Of a DNA stretch of 64,000 bases, positions 25,620 to 38,058 are shown piece after piece. Under the pieces are notes generated by a model, which was not told where the DNA came from, searched no databases, and worked only from the letters and a program-made list of their open reading frames with translations. Every line of letters starts with the position of its first letter. Within the stretch, counting starts at the first letter, position 1. A program made the translations under genes and the position numbers. Source of the DNA: Basidiobolus meristosporus CBS 931.73 (lineage: Eukaryota > Fungi > Basidiobolomycota); assembly GCA_002104905.1 (NCBI GenBank), contig MCFE01000012.1:62001-126000 (forward strand), in the 5' to 3' direction.

Positions 25620-28128
25620 ATGACACATCCGTTTCTAAAGGAGATAAATGTTGTCTTTTCAGGAACATTCCCCAACTATACTCATGCCAAGCTCTTCAGG
25701 CTTGTGAAATCTTTTGGCGGCTTGACTTCACCCAAACTTACGGCTGATACAACCCATCTTGTTGTTACTCCCGCTGATTTTTACAAACCAACCGCTAAGG
25801 TGTCGCAGGCGCTCGAAAGTGACCATGTCAAAATTGTGACTTTGGAATGGCTTATGGACTCTACATCCATACAAAAAGTATTGGACGAAGACCGTTACTC
25901 CCCGAAAATTCAGGATGGTGTTGCTAAATGTAGGACTGTCGCTGTTGCCAACTCCGAAGACAGTGGCCAAGATGGTGATAATCAACAGGTTCCATCTAGT
26001 ATTATTGTGGGCCCGCTGGCTTCATCCGGAGTGGATGGGATGGTGGCCAACAAACCTATCAGATCCAAAAGGGCCTCTAAATCCAATAAGAAAGTGAATG
26101 ATGCTCAGGAAGATGAAGCAGAGAACAATGATAATATCAAGCACGAATTACTTGATGGTGAAAGCCCGAGGAAGAGGGCCAAGAAAGATGTTGTTGTTCC
26201 GGTGGATCCTTACATTGGGTAAGAGGAATAGCAATGATTTGCATTCAAGGCCGCTTCACTCAAGATTTGTATGTAGTATACCAGCAAAGGTGCAGGTTTA
26301 CATCGATTCTGAGGGGACCATTTGGGATGTCGCTTTAAACCAGACGAACATTAGCAACAACAATAACAAGTTCTACTTTATTCAGCTCGTCCAGCTTACG
26401 TCGGAGCCGGATAGATTCGCATGCTTCACAAGATGGGGTAGGGTAGGGGATCGAGGTGATACCCGATTAACAGATTGGTCTGATTTCGATAGGCAAGTTT
26501 ATGAATCTTCTGGCACTACTGGTCTACATTTTATTGAACTAATGGTCCTACTAGTGCCAGAAAAGTATTTGAATCCAAGTTCAAAACAAAAACCAAGAAC
26601 AGTTGGTCTGCCCGCGGTGATTTCCAGACATACGCCGGAAAATACACCATGCTCGATAGGGATTATGGCGAGGATGACGCTGATAAAGACGATAAGGCCG
26701 ATGGAAATACGGGTGACACTAGTATCCCCGAATGTAAATTGGAACCGAAGATACAAGAGCTAGTGGAGATGATTTTTGATCGTGAGGTACTTCACAACGT
26801 CTTCATTGATGGAAATGCATTGCTAAAACCCAGCCATGGCTTTGAATTCTCTATAGATGATGGAGCAGCAACTAAAAGCATTAAATTTTAATGCTAATAA
26901 GATGCCGCTTGGAAAATTACGGAAGTCAACCATCACTGATGGGTACAATGCTTTAAAAGAGCTTGCAGATGTTCTGGCCGTAGAAAATGGAGCTGTGGTT
27001 AATCGAAGAGAGATCGAACGCTTGAGTAACAAGTTCTACACAGTTATTCCGTAAGCGTTTACCGCTGATTATTACATCCATACCAGTTTAATAACCGAAG
27101 ATTGTATTCAAATTATAGACATGACTTCGGGAGATCAATTCCTCCCCTCATCAATTCTCAAGCACTCCTCAAGCAGAAGCTTGAATTAGTGGAATCCTTA
27201 TCGGAAATTCAGGCAACTCAATCACTTTGGGAAAGTCCCAGTGCGCCACGGGATTCAAACGGTAATCTGATCCATCCAGTTGATGGATTCTACAACTCCT
27301 TGAATCTTAACCACCTTGTGCCCTTGGATCATCATGCTGCTGATTTTGAGATGGTGAAGAAGTATGTTCGTAATACGCATGGTGACACACACGATGCTTA
27401 TGCTCTGGAAGTGATGGATGTATTTGAATTGGAAAGAGCAACTGAGCCTGAGAGATGGTTGGCTGCGGGTTGTGACAAAATGAGCAATAGGAAATTACTC
27501 TGGCATGGCTCTAGATTAACGAATTTCGTTGGAATACTAAGCCAGGGTCTTAGAATAGCACCACCAGAGGCACCTGTGACCGTAAGTATATTAGCAGCTT
27601 GATGTCCTCTGCATATAACCTCCATGGTATCCATGTTAATGTTGTTCTTTATGTAGGGATACATGTTTGGGAAAGGGGTATATTTCGCGGATTGCGTTTC
27701 CAAATCTGCAAACTATTGCTACACAGATAGGAATTATCGTGAAGCACTCATGCTTCTGTGCGAAGTAGCTCTTGGAGACATGCTGCCTTTGTATCAAGCA
27801 TCCTACGAAGCTGATAAAGAAGTTCAGGACGCTAACAAGAATTCAACCCTCGGAATGGGCAGAATGGAGCCAAATCCAGCTGAAACTGTCACAACACCAG
27901 AAGGTCTTGAAATTCCATTTGGCAAGGTTGGAGTGAGAGAGGATAAAAAAGCCCGCAACCGCTGTAGTTTGCTATATAATGAGGTACGGTTGATTCGCAT
28001 TGGATTCAACGCTAATTTTGAGCTAATCCTCTTTTTGAAATTTAATGAATTAGTACATTGTATATAACACCGCACAAATCAAATTCAGATATTTGATTAA
28101 AATGAAGTTCAATTATCATCGGAGTTAA
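25620..28128 (+). CDS. PARP: Poly(ADP-ribose) polymerase, BRCT-WGR-regulatory-catalytic architecture, 7 exons
   Basis: BRCT (VVFSGTF...THLVVT...IVTLEWLMDS), WGR (NNNKFYFIQL, FTRWGRVG), regulatory domain (KMPLGKL, FYTVIPHDFG), and catalytic H-Y-E triad (LLWHGSR, GYMFGKGVYFAD, LLYNEYIVY). Confidence 0.95.
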
Positions 28129-28724
28129 CATAGGCTCGCGGCTCAGAACCCTATCCTTCAAAGGCCTTTCTGTAATTTTAGATGTTCTGTCATAGGTATG
28201 AATACGTGGTTATTGTTATACAATAAATCGATTTAGGTGTAGCCCACATTACATGTTTGATTCTTTTCAATATCTGCACTCCAAGTCCATTTGCTTCATG
28301 CTATGGTCCAATAATTGAATGCCATAGAGGTGACCAAGCTGCAATAAATGTGTTAGGTAACAGCGACTCTTCATTTGGACAGTTCATGATTCGATGTGAA
28401 CTCCCGTTGAAGCTGAGGCATTAATTCATGGTATGTTATTTACTGTTTGATGCTGATCATGCAATGTGGCATCAGTTTTCTATGAGAACGGGTTGATTAT
28501 ATATCACGACTCAGGGGAAACAAATTCTTCTATTCCTGATAAATTACAATGCAATGCTACTCTTCCAAAGCTTGATATCATAGCATAGAAAATGATAATC
28601 CTAACAAGGTGATTTCACTCATGATGAAATCACAACAGGATCAGGTCTGAAGCTCCTTGAAAGTTGCCTATTCATTAGTGGTCATCAAACTTCGATGCTA
28701 TCCTAGTCTGCTTTGTTACTTGCT

Positions 28725-29211
28725 TTAATCAATATTCAAAAGCTCAACGTCGAATACAAGTGCAGCATCGGCGGGAATAGTTGGAGGAATTCCTTGAGAT
28801 CCATAGGCAAGTTCTGAGGGAATGACCAATGTACGCTTCTCTCCAATACACATGTTTTTTAAACCCAAATCCCAACCTTTGATCACTTGCCCAGCACCCA
28901 AAGTAAATGTAAATGGCTCTCCACGAGGGATACTAGAGTCGAATTGGGTCCCATCAGTATATAGAGTTCCAGTATAGTGCATTGAAAGAGAATCTCCATC
29001 TTTGGAACGCCTCTGGCAATCTGCAACACGCTTCTTTATATCTATGAAAACAAATCCATTCACGATAGTTTAGACATGGATTCGCAACAACATTAGATGG
29101 AAACATACTGATTCTCAAGTCTTTTGGCGCCTCTCTTATAGCGTCCACATGAAAGAATGTTGTACTGACGGTGGCCAGGAAGAAAAATATGACTGCTAGC
29201 TTGCGAACCAT
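28725..29211 (-). CDS. FPR2: Secretory-pathway FKBP peptidyl-prolyl isomerase (Fpr2/FKBP2-like), 2 exons
   Basis: Signal peptide [16 protein letters not shown], then [12 protein letters not shown]...FDSS...[11 protein letters not shown]...[15 protein letters not shown]...LVFDVELL. No obvious HDEL/KDEL at the end. Confidence 0.9.
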
Positions 29212-29913
29212 GCTAAGATGCTTTGTTGAATAAGGAATCGAAATTAGAACTAGCAACTCCAAACTAGACGGTTCTCAAAATATCAAGATTGTCCGTGCCT
29301 TAAATAGCCCTCGATTGTTTGAAATGATACATTACAATTGGTAGGACTAAATATGTTCGCCCTGATGGGAAAAGCTGATGGATACATATTTAGGATTGTT
29401 TAATGTCAGATCGTGTTTCAGACTCTTCAGGGTAATTCGTTAACGAGGTAAATTCTGGCATCCAGGGGTACTGATACAATGCTACATAAGTCATGGCATC
29501 TATCATCAGCCAACATACTTCCTCAAACTCGATAGAAACAACTTTGCATCTCAATACTTCATAATACCGATCTACTTCCAACTAAACATGCTCCTAGTTT
29601 CATATCGTGAGACAATGGCTGTGTTTGAAAACATTTACAGTAAATTCCTTTCATTCACTTGGGAAATATCCCTATTTTGGTTTTGGTTTGGCAGTTATGT
29701 ATTGGGCAAGGTAATTTGCTAAAACAACTTCCCAACTTCGGATTTATTGGCTTTTAAACAATGAAGGAGTTAAGCCGCAATAAGGGACGTCAAAATATAC
29801 ATTAAAGCCAAAAGCGGAGAGGAAGCGTGAATTATTGAATCTATAAACAAGCAGAGAATGAATAGTATGGAGAGGAGTTTGGAGAATCTACCATTCAGAA
29901 AAGTCAACCGAAG

Positions 29914-31353
29914 CTATCCTTTGCTTGATCCCGGAATCTCTTTGCTTTTCTTACTCCGCTTCTTTCCAGCTGGTGGTAGTTGCGTAGAGTACCTAATGCT
30001 GGGTACTTTGGGAGGCGGCTTAAAGTAATACTGTTTATCTTTGAGTGTGCAGGACCGTGCTCCCTTTACAAGGGGCCTATATGTATCAGTACGAGACTTA
30101 TCAGGATCGTCATTGATAGTATAGTACCACAGATCAGCAAGCGGTTTTCCACCAGCATCTTTCCCCTTCCGAACTACGTGCCCAAAAAAGGGATATTGGT
30201 GAAGACAACGTATCACGTTCAGTTCATGGAGCTCTTGGTGCCTCTCCGGAAATGTGGGGCAATCTGTAAGAACGGTTTTAAAGATTTCATTTGCACTCAG
30301 CATGTGTTTTCCACTGAAAACAATTGCAGCTACAATATTATCAACCAGTTCTTTGCTCAGTGGATCGGTTTCGTATTTTTCCTTCTCCTTTCGCCTTTTA
30401 GTATTTCCGCGAGCAGTACACTTCTCTGAAAGTTTATCTCGCCTCTTTCGTTTAACAGGGTTTGCAATACGATGTGTAAATTCCGAATCCGAAGAACTAT
30501 TTGCCTGGTCATAGGCACCATTTGCTAGGCTGTTGCGATCCATTCGTTGAGGCTTCTTTCTATCATTTTGTTGATAAACCCGTTGATCAGCTTCTGCATA
30601 ATTTCCATCGTCAATATGGGCAAACGGTTCGATATCATCATTCATGGTGGAATACTCCTTTTTTTCGCATTCTGAATGATGAGCAGGGCTTCCAAAGGGT
30701 GGTGATGGCAGATAATCCAGGTGGGGAATTTGAAATCGATATTTCATTCCAGCGATATCGATTATGCTTCCATGAGTCAGCCTAACGGTGCAATTCGCTT
30801 TGTAAATCGAATCGTTGATAAACAAACCGTTTGCTCCGGTTATGTGAATATTAAATACTCCTGTTGCTTCCTCCCAACTGATAATAGCATGCCTTCTTGA
30901 AACTTTACGATTAGATCCACCCAAGTTTACAGTTGCAGAACGACCCCGCCCTAGTATTATAGTGGAGGTATAGGAGCCAAGGAGTACCTGGACAGTATCT
31001 AAATTTGAAGACCTAGCTTTAGTAGGTGGTTACTCTTCAATGAACTCTCTATTTATGAGATGGCACTAGTTCTCAATACCTTCACAGCATCTTGCGCTTG
31101 CAACGATGGGGCCAGGTACCGCACACTGCACTAGTCCTAAGACCGTATATTAATCAACATATAGTAAGTATTGAGATAGGAATGCAAGGATGTACTAGAT
31201 GCTCGGCTACCTTTATTGTTGAAGAAGTCAGCAAAGCATTCCAGCGGAGCTTCCGAGTTTACGTCCTATATGTAATTGCCAGATATGTTTGATAATCGCT
31301 TGAGCTAGGAGCATTGAGCTTCTACCTACCGATAAAAGATCTGATATGTTCAT
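29914..31353 (-). CDS. TOS4: Tos4/Plm2-like FHA-domain protein, multi-exon 5' end
   Basis: FHA motif ILGRGRSATVNLGGSNRKVSRRHA...GANGLFIN and the Tos4-type C-terminus GKDAGGKPLADLWYY...GARSCTLKDKQYYFKPP. Confidence 0.75.
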
Positions 31354-32643
31354 GGAAGTAGTCGAATAGGTATCGTCTTAGGTGAAGAATAGCGTATAAT
31401 TTGATATATGTATATGGGGCCAAGAGATAAATTACAAACAAGTGCTTAGTAGCAGCAAACTCAAAGTTGTGTAGAGGATTCGAAAGAAAGGTTCAATTGC
31501 CCACAACGACCGAAACGCCTTTTTGATTGCTACTCTTGTATCATCATTGGTTGTGATCACGAAGAAATCCCACCTCCTCTGGTGACATTTCCCAACCATT
31601 ATCCGTACGTAATCACGTGCATGGCCGATGAGGCACTATAATTGGCAATATATGCCAAACGTGACTACTAGTAAAGCTTAATAACGCAGCATCGTGGCAA
31701 ATTTGTTATATAACTTTAAACTAATTCTCAGTATTGGGTTTTTGCCACTTCATAAATTAGGATTCTTAATAATTCTATTTCCTCCATGTTCCCACACTTC
31801 TCGCACCAGGGTTACGTCAGCCAAATTCATATCCCGAGAAATCACGTGGAATTGATCTATACAGTTGAGAAATAGAACTCCTCTTTATACTACGAGATAG
31901 CTGATAAGGAGTTTGAAGGCGATGGAACCTGTGGCGGAGGAACAATATACTGGTTATTCTTGGGAATTTGATAGGTAAGAGGTGGTTTGTCCAAGAGACA
32001 GACAAGCATATCAATGCAACGGATCCGAAGCAGATGGTGTGGTCGGACTTAATGAACAAATCGTGCCAATCAAGATCCAATCTAGGCAAAACCAAATCAT
32101 GATCCTTTGGGCGAATATATTTCAGAATACACGATGCAATCTTATAGTGCCAACTATTCGTGAATTGACTTGCCCATATTTTCTACCAGCCATCATACAG
32201 CACATACAATGCATGTTTACTAAATTCTTGGTGTGCTGGATGCTTCGATTTTGGAAATGCAAATCTTCGAAACACGGATACCGTTGATTGAGACGTTGGA
32301 TATTGCTTGCAGGTTGCTTGCACGCATAGCTGAAACTTTTGCAGCGCCGAGTATTATCTGTCAGCGATGTTCAGTTCGTTCAGTTGGTATCGGAATTTCA
32401 TTTAGAAATAAAAGTCTTATATACGATGGTGAACAAGAGTCCATTTAGTCAAGTAGTGTCACAATAGACAGAGGTGTTCGATCAATTCTGTGTATATTAG
32501 TCTAATATTAGTGTACATCACCTCGTGTTGGTATCACAGAGTGGGTTGTAGGGTACACTGACGAAGCTCTCTAAATATATGTTGGTTGAAATTGATAGAT
32601 ATACAAGCCGGACATGCATTAAATCAAAGCTTCTCTCTGAGGA

Positions 32644-33849
32644 TCACTGTTTTTGCTGGGCCGAGAATCCTCGGTGCAATTCGAAAGACCGTTTCAGCCC
32701 ATCAGCTATGCTATAGACTGGTTTATAGCCTAGCCATAGTCTAGCTTTTTCACACGATACATTATAATTATGGCATAATAGATGTACAGTAGCTGGAGTA
32801 AGGATACCCACTTCTCCTAATGAAACTCGATTCCTCAAAACCCATTGAAGGAATTCACTAAAGTAGGCGATGACCCATAATATCCAAACCGATAGGAATT
32901 GGAACCTTATGTTCGAGATTGAGGTAGCCTCAATCATCTTCTGAGAAAACTCTCGGTTTGTCATTCGTTCGCAATTGGTGATGAAAAATGTTTCTCCCCG
33001 AAAGCGGCAGGGCTCGTCTCGCAAATAACCGTCCAAGAGCAGATGAGCATGAACTACATTTTCAATGTAAACAAACTCTGAGATAAAGTTTGCTCCGCCT
33101 TGAATGATCCTTGTTGCCCCACTGGCTATCTTCTGACAGAACGAATCAACGATATACTTGTCTCCAGCTCCAAATATTCCGCCAGGGCGAATGCAGGCCG
33201 TGGAAAACAATGTGTTGCTTTCAGATTGCTCATTCGGGCGTTTTTTACCATTCATCTGCAGTATGATCTTCTCTCCAAGAATTTTGGTGGCTGAGTAGTG
33301 ATTAACTGGATACTGCGTTACTCTGTCATCCTCGTTTGTCGTGGTGGTCTTGATATCTTTCCCGATTACCACGGTCGATGACGAAGTGTATATCAAACGA
33401 GCTACACCTAACTGCTCGCAGACCTCTGCTACATTCTGGGCACCCTTTACGTTGGTTTGATAAAATTTCGAGTATTGGAATGATAGTCTTTGGCTTGGCT
33501 CAATGATTCCAGCCGTGAGAAAGACTGAGTGTATCGGAGTCTTCTCCGATATAGCTCGCAAAACTGTATTCACATTCGCTCTGTCTGTAGTGTCTACCTT
33601 GCGAAACTCAAACTTCTCCCCTTCGAGTATTGGCTGGGTTGGTTCCCTCAAATCAAGCGCATATACACTTTTCTCTCCTCTAGATAAGAGAGCTTTGAGT
33701 ATATAACTCCCAACGAAACCTATGCCTATAACACAGTAAGTATCTTGAGTAGCGACGGATGCCCTGTTGTCTTTTTCCATAACACGCTCGCTGATATCGG
33801 TGAAGTTCGGATCAGACAAGGACGTATATAGATCATCACAAGTAGGCAT
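32644..33849 (-). CDS. 3-beta-hydroxysteroid dehydrogenase/decarboxylase-like extended SDR (Erg26/NSDHL-like), intronless
   Basis: Rossmann VIGIGFVG, TNVKGAQNV, YTSSSTVV, catalytic YSATK, IRPGGIFGAGD, FVYIENVVHAHLL, GETFFITN and a C-terminal hydrophobic helix. Confidence 0.85.
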   Translation of the reverse strand: MPTCDDLYTSLSDPNFTDISERVMEKDNRASVATQDTYCVIGIGFVGSYILKALLSRGEKSVYALDLREPTQPILEGEKFEFRKVDTTDRANVNTVLRAISEKTPIHSVFLTAGIIEPSQRLSFQYSKFYQTNVKGAQNVAEVCEQLGVARLIYTSSSTVVIGKDIKTTTTNEDDRVTQYPVNHYSATKILGEKIILQMNGKKRPNEQSESNTLFSTACIRPGGIFGAGDKYIVDSFCQKIASGATRIIQGGANFISEFVYIENVVHAHLLLDGYLRDEPCRFRGETFFITNCERMTNREFSQKMIEATSISNIRFQFLSVWILWVIAYFSEFLQWVLRNRVSLGEVGILTPATVHLLCHNYNVSCEKARLWLGYKPVYSIADGLKRSFELHRGFSAQQKQ

Positions 33850-34633
33850 TTCACACCAAGATTTAAGAACTGACCAGGTACTTAGGCCAAGAAGCCGAGA
33901 GGACTACAAAAATTTCACGGAATAATATGGGGCTCTTACTGATCTTCAGGCAATGATTGTATTTATAAAAATTGCCTTACGCAAATATACAATAATGTAT
34001 GATTGAGTGCAGTCTGGCTGTGCAAGTACCCGGATGTAGTATTAGCCAAGCGATTGCCCCTATCTTTCCCAATATGGATATCAATAAAGCTGAATACGTT
34101 CGTCAGGTCACTAAAAAAACATGGATTGAGAAGCGAGATGCCGTGACTTGGGTAATGTATCTTCTCTGGGGAGCCTTCCGACCTCAACCATTGGTGTGAG
34201 TGATATTCACAGATATTTGAGAAGCAGATTCCAGGCTACGATAGAATATCGAATGAACCATTCAAATATGAGTGCAGGTTTAGTATTAGCTTTGATTCCA
34301 CAATAGCTATATTTACTGCAGGGTGGTCCAGACCATGATTTTCCGCCACATGATAATCTCACCCCCTAATCCCGACTCCGACATCTCCTGAAAGTGATTC
34401 AAGATCACGAACTCACTGATCACGTTTGCTAGTAATCATGGACAAAGCTAAGGCCCGAGAGGGATCGATAATACTCACTGCCGATTTGAGCCTTGCCAAC
34501 TGGATTATGTTTGAAAAGTTGATTGATGACTGTATTCACCACAAGTTTATCAGGAGCCATTCGCCACCTGAAAAGGCAGTATTGAGAAAATCACGTACAA
34601 AGCACAATATATGAGGTTGTGGGAGTTCAAGCA

Positions 34634-35470
34634 CTAAGAGGACTTGGATTTGGGAGACTCCTCCCAAGAAACATAAGGTATCAAATGATGGAGGTAATGA
34701 ATCTTTGTCGAAAACCCTAAGGTTTCCTGTCGGTCCACAAGACTAAGTAAGCACAAGTGATACAACCCTGCTGATACTAATATATGCCAAAATGCGTGTA
34801 GTTGAGGATTGAATGGCGTGACAGTAGTAGTTCCCGATAGGGCAGCAACATAGCCATTTAGGTACTTGCAAAAGGTCAAATCTGTACCCCAAATGAGTAC
34901 TGCTACTAGATATAATCCTATTCCCATCTCGAACAATATCTTGATGGCGAAAGAGTTTTTGCGTTTTTTGAGATAGATTTCGAGCATCAAAGTCAAATCT
35001 ATCACTTCTAAACTCCCAAAGGTGAGATGAAACAGGTAGAATTGAAGTTTACCAGAGCTTAGAGACACCAAGGAGGTAACCAATGCGGTATAGGCGCTCA
35101 AGAGAATCGGAAACCACCTCCCGACCTTGGGATATTTGTTCACAATTAGGCAATAAAATATCATAGAGGCAGCCCAGCACATTGGCAACTCATCCAGCAT
35201 TTGAGTCTCGTATTTGAGCGTGCCGTGGAATAGCAAACTACCCCATCCTACGATGGCGATTAAACGGAAAGCCAAGCGGTACCTATATTCCGACCTGGGA
35301 TGAAACCAAGCTCCTAACTCGCCTATAATAACCATAGCAAGTGAAGAGAAGGTATTAAACATCTCAGCTACATAGAAATTATACTCATAGTTTGTCTCGC
35401 ACCAGTCAACTGATGAAGTAGCGCCGCCCCAGTAGCCTGTATAGCCAGACATATCAATAACTTGGTCCAT
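34634..35470 (-). CDS. YPC1: Alkaline ceramidase (Ypc1/Ydc1/ACER3 family), intronless
   Basis: GYWGGATSSVDWCETNY, AEMFNTFSS, GSLLFHGTLKYETQMLDELPM and QLHAFWHIL (CREST zinc ligands), with 7 TM segments. Confidence 0.92.
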   Translation of the reverse strand: MDQVIDMSGYTGYWGGATSSVDWCETNYEYNFYVAEMFNTFSSLAMVIIGELGAWFHPRSEYRYRLAFRLIAIVGWGSLLFHGTLKYETQMLDELPMCWAASMIFYCLIVNKYPKVGRWFPILLSAYTALVTSLVSLSSGKLQFYLFHLTFGSLEVIDLTLMLEIYLKKRKNSFAIKILFEMGIGLYLVAVLIWGTDLTFCKYLNGYVAALSGTTTVTPFNPQLHAFWHILVSAGLYHLCLLSLVDRQETLGFSTKIHYLHHLIPYVSWEESPKSKSS

Positions 35471-35887
35471 TCTGAAGAGCAATGGTTGTCGGGAGAAAAA
35501 AGACTTGAAAATATATCTCCCTAATTCATTGAGAACTCAATCGATGGCGGTTGTGTAACAGTATCATCTTGATTCGCAAGCTCTGATACAGTCCTACATG
35601 ATGCTGAGCATTTGGTTTACCCTCAACATGTGATAGTCCAAGACTAAGTTGTTTTTACATCTAGTAAAGCTTTGATCGCAATGAACCCTTGGATATTTTT
35701 AATAATTATTATGATGTTCTATTTGTACTCTATCGGAAATTTCAAATTTGGATTTTTGATATATCTGTACCTTTGCAATTAGGTCGTGTGATGGTATTCC
35801 ACCCCAAACACAGTCATCAATTTTGTATTGCTCATAACTTCTCAGAAAGTTAGTAGCTGGCTCAACACTTAAATAAATGGTTGTATT

Positions 35888-36580
35888 TGTTGTAAATTTT
35901 GTAATTATACCTAAGTGTTTGACCAACTTAGCAACTTAGACCATTGCCCACAAGCATTAGAGAATTCTGGCCAAATTCCTTGTCAGAGTTTACTTGGAAT
36001 ATTTTGATCAAGATTTCAAAACCAAGAACATGAAAACTCTCAAGGCTGTCCAAACAACCCTAAACTCTGCACACATCTTCTTGAGACCTTCTCAAACACA
36101 CCCTACATGTTTGTTGGACCAAGTGTTGTAAAAATTCGCAATTCCACCTGAATATTCACCTAACTTAGTCACTTAGATCATTACCTTCAAATCCTAGAGA
36201 ATACTGACCAAATTCCTTGTCGGGATTTACTTGGAATATTTTCACCAAAACATCAGGTACCCAGAACATGAAATCTCTCAAAGTTGTCCAAACTACCCCA
36301 AACTTTGCACACATGCTCTTGGGACCTTCCTTAGCCTATTCTACGTGTTTGTTATGCCAAAACCATGGAAAAGTATAAATACCACTTTTACATTCAATAA
36401 ATTATCAAGTGAAAACCGCAAAATCTACTTGTTCTCCCAATCACTTCCAATATCTCCAAGACTCTTACAACACCAAGATCATGAAAAATAACAAACACTA
36501 CATTTGCATTCAATAATTCATCAAGTGAAAACCACAAAATCCACTTTTTCTCCCAATCACCTCCAATATCTCAAACTCTT
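35888..36580 (+). repeat. Modular AT-rich interspersed repeat, locus 1 (blocks A-B-A-B-C-C')
   Basis: Two ~236-bp tandem units begin TGTTGTAAA at 35888 and 36124, followed by two copies of a block containing CAAGTGAAAACC...CTCCCAATCAC.TCCAATATCTC. Homologous copies lie at 53.4-54.9 kb, and a further truncated A start lies at ~36831. Confidence 0.9.
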
Positions 36581-37279
36581 GCATCCAGAAGGATTCCAAA
36601 ATACCGTATGCAAAGCTTGGGGTCTTACATGCAACTTTATCAAATATATGACAATGTGTCTCTTACATTCTGGTGAAAATATTCAAATTAAATCCTGAAT
36701 GAAAATTTGGTTGGAAAAAATAAACCCAGGACTACATTAATGCAAATACTTAGATTAATATGAGGCATCAGAGATAGACTCATCTAAGAGACCCAAGCCT
36801 TTGATTAAGTCCTTTCATAATCCATTGCACTGTTGTAAGTTTGGTATTTACACCTAAGTATCTTTAGAATGTTCAAGCTCATGGTAGATTTTTCAATATT
36901 TTCTTGCCCACCATTATGTAAGATCCAATAAGCAAAAGGAGCCATTCTCTTGGATACAAAGCTCGGGCTAACTCGGGATTTGCAAGCCCAGTTTTTTGTA
37001 CAATTATCTGATTGTGTAAAATGCCAAGTACTCTCTTTAGTTGCGGTGAGGCCATGAGGGTTGACATTTTTCTTGTGTATGTGAAATTTCTATTTTTGAT
37101 ACTACGTTTGGTGGTTGGCATATCCCATTTTCTGTCATCGAAGAGCCATGGAACTATTACTAGCTGTGGGAAGCGTCATCAGTGTGACAATCCAGTTGGC
37201 GAGTCACGTGTACGATTATCGATATTAATACCAAGCCAAAGTGATGCATTGTCCATACATCAACTTTGACTAAGCAGTT

Positions 37280-38058
37280 ATGACTAGCATTATTCTACTT
37301 CCCGGCAATGGCTGCGAGAATCCTCAGGAGGCAATATGGTACAGTTGGGTAATGGAGAAGCTCAAGAAGCACGTCACTGGGGAAACTATCCTGAGACAGT
37401 TTCCTGATTACGAGCTTTGTAAAGAAAGCATATGGTTGCCTTTCTTAAAGCAAGAAATCGGTGTCGATGAAAATTTCATCTTGATAGGCCACAGGTATTT
37501 TTTAAAAAAACCATACATGTAACTCCTCACCTAACTCTTACGTACCATATTAGCACCGGTGCCATAGCTGCGTTAAGGTAATGGCGTCAATTGACATCAC
37601 TGATTACACTCGACTAACTCCAGCAAAGATATGCGGAGAAGTATAAGGTCAAAGGAATCGTCTTGGTTTCCGCGTATCATACTGATCTTGGTGACGAGTG
37701 GGAGGTCTGTATCGGATTCATCATAACGTATTGTGCATGTTATTTATATAAATATGACGTAGGCTAAGAGCGAATATTTTTCAAAAGAATGGCATTGGGA
37801 CAGTATTCGAAACAATTCGGACTGGATAATCCAATTTGGTAACTGGTGTTCGTACGCATAGGCTCTCATTTGGTCTACGTTTGGCTAATAGGTTATCCTC
37901 TAGGTTCGCCCGATGATAGTCTAGTACCCATAGCGGAACAGCGTTATGTTCATGAGCAAGTTGACTCGGAGTATTATGAGCTAGAGGAACGCGGTCATTT
38001 TGTTGACGACAACGATTTTCCCGAGTTGGTCGAGAAAGTGACGGAAAAATTGATATAG
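37280..38058 (+). CDS. RBBP9: RBBP9/YdeN-type alpha/beta serine hydrolase, 5 exons
   Basis: ILLPGNG...WYSWV, nucleophile GHSTG (Ser codon split by an intron), LVSAYHTDLGDEWE, SPDDSLVP (Asp) and ERGHF (His). Confidence 0.88.

Noticed and set aside
28621-28650. C/D-box-like words ATGATGA and CTGA
   Set aside because: The boxes are only about 20 nt apart, too short for a snoRNA, and such words are common.
29980-30785. Long plus-strand ORFs (149, 86 and 94 aa)
   Set aside because: They are antisense shadows of the Tos4-like coding exon. The same applies to the antisense ORFs over Prm10, PARP, CSL, LCB1 and LONRF.
31353-32640. Expected MCB/SCB cell-cycle boxes upstream of the Tos4-like gene
   Set aside because: No ACGCGT or CGCGAAA was seen; only CACGTG E-boxes.
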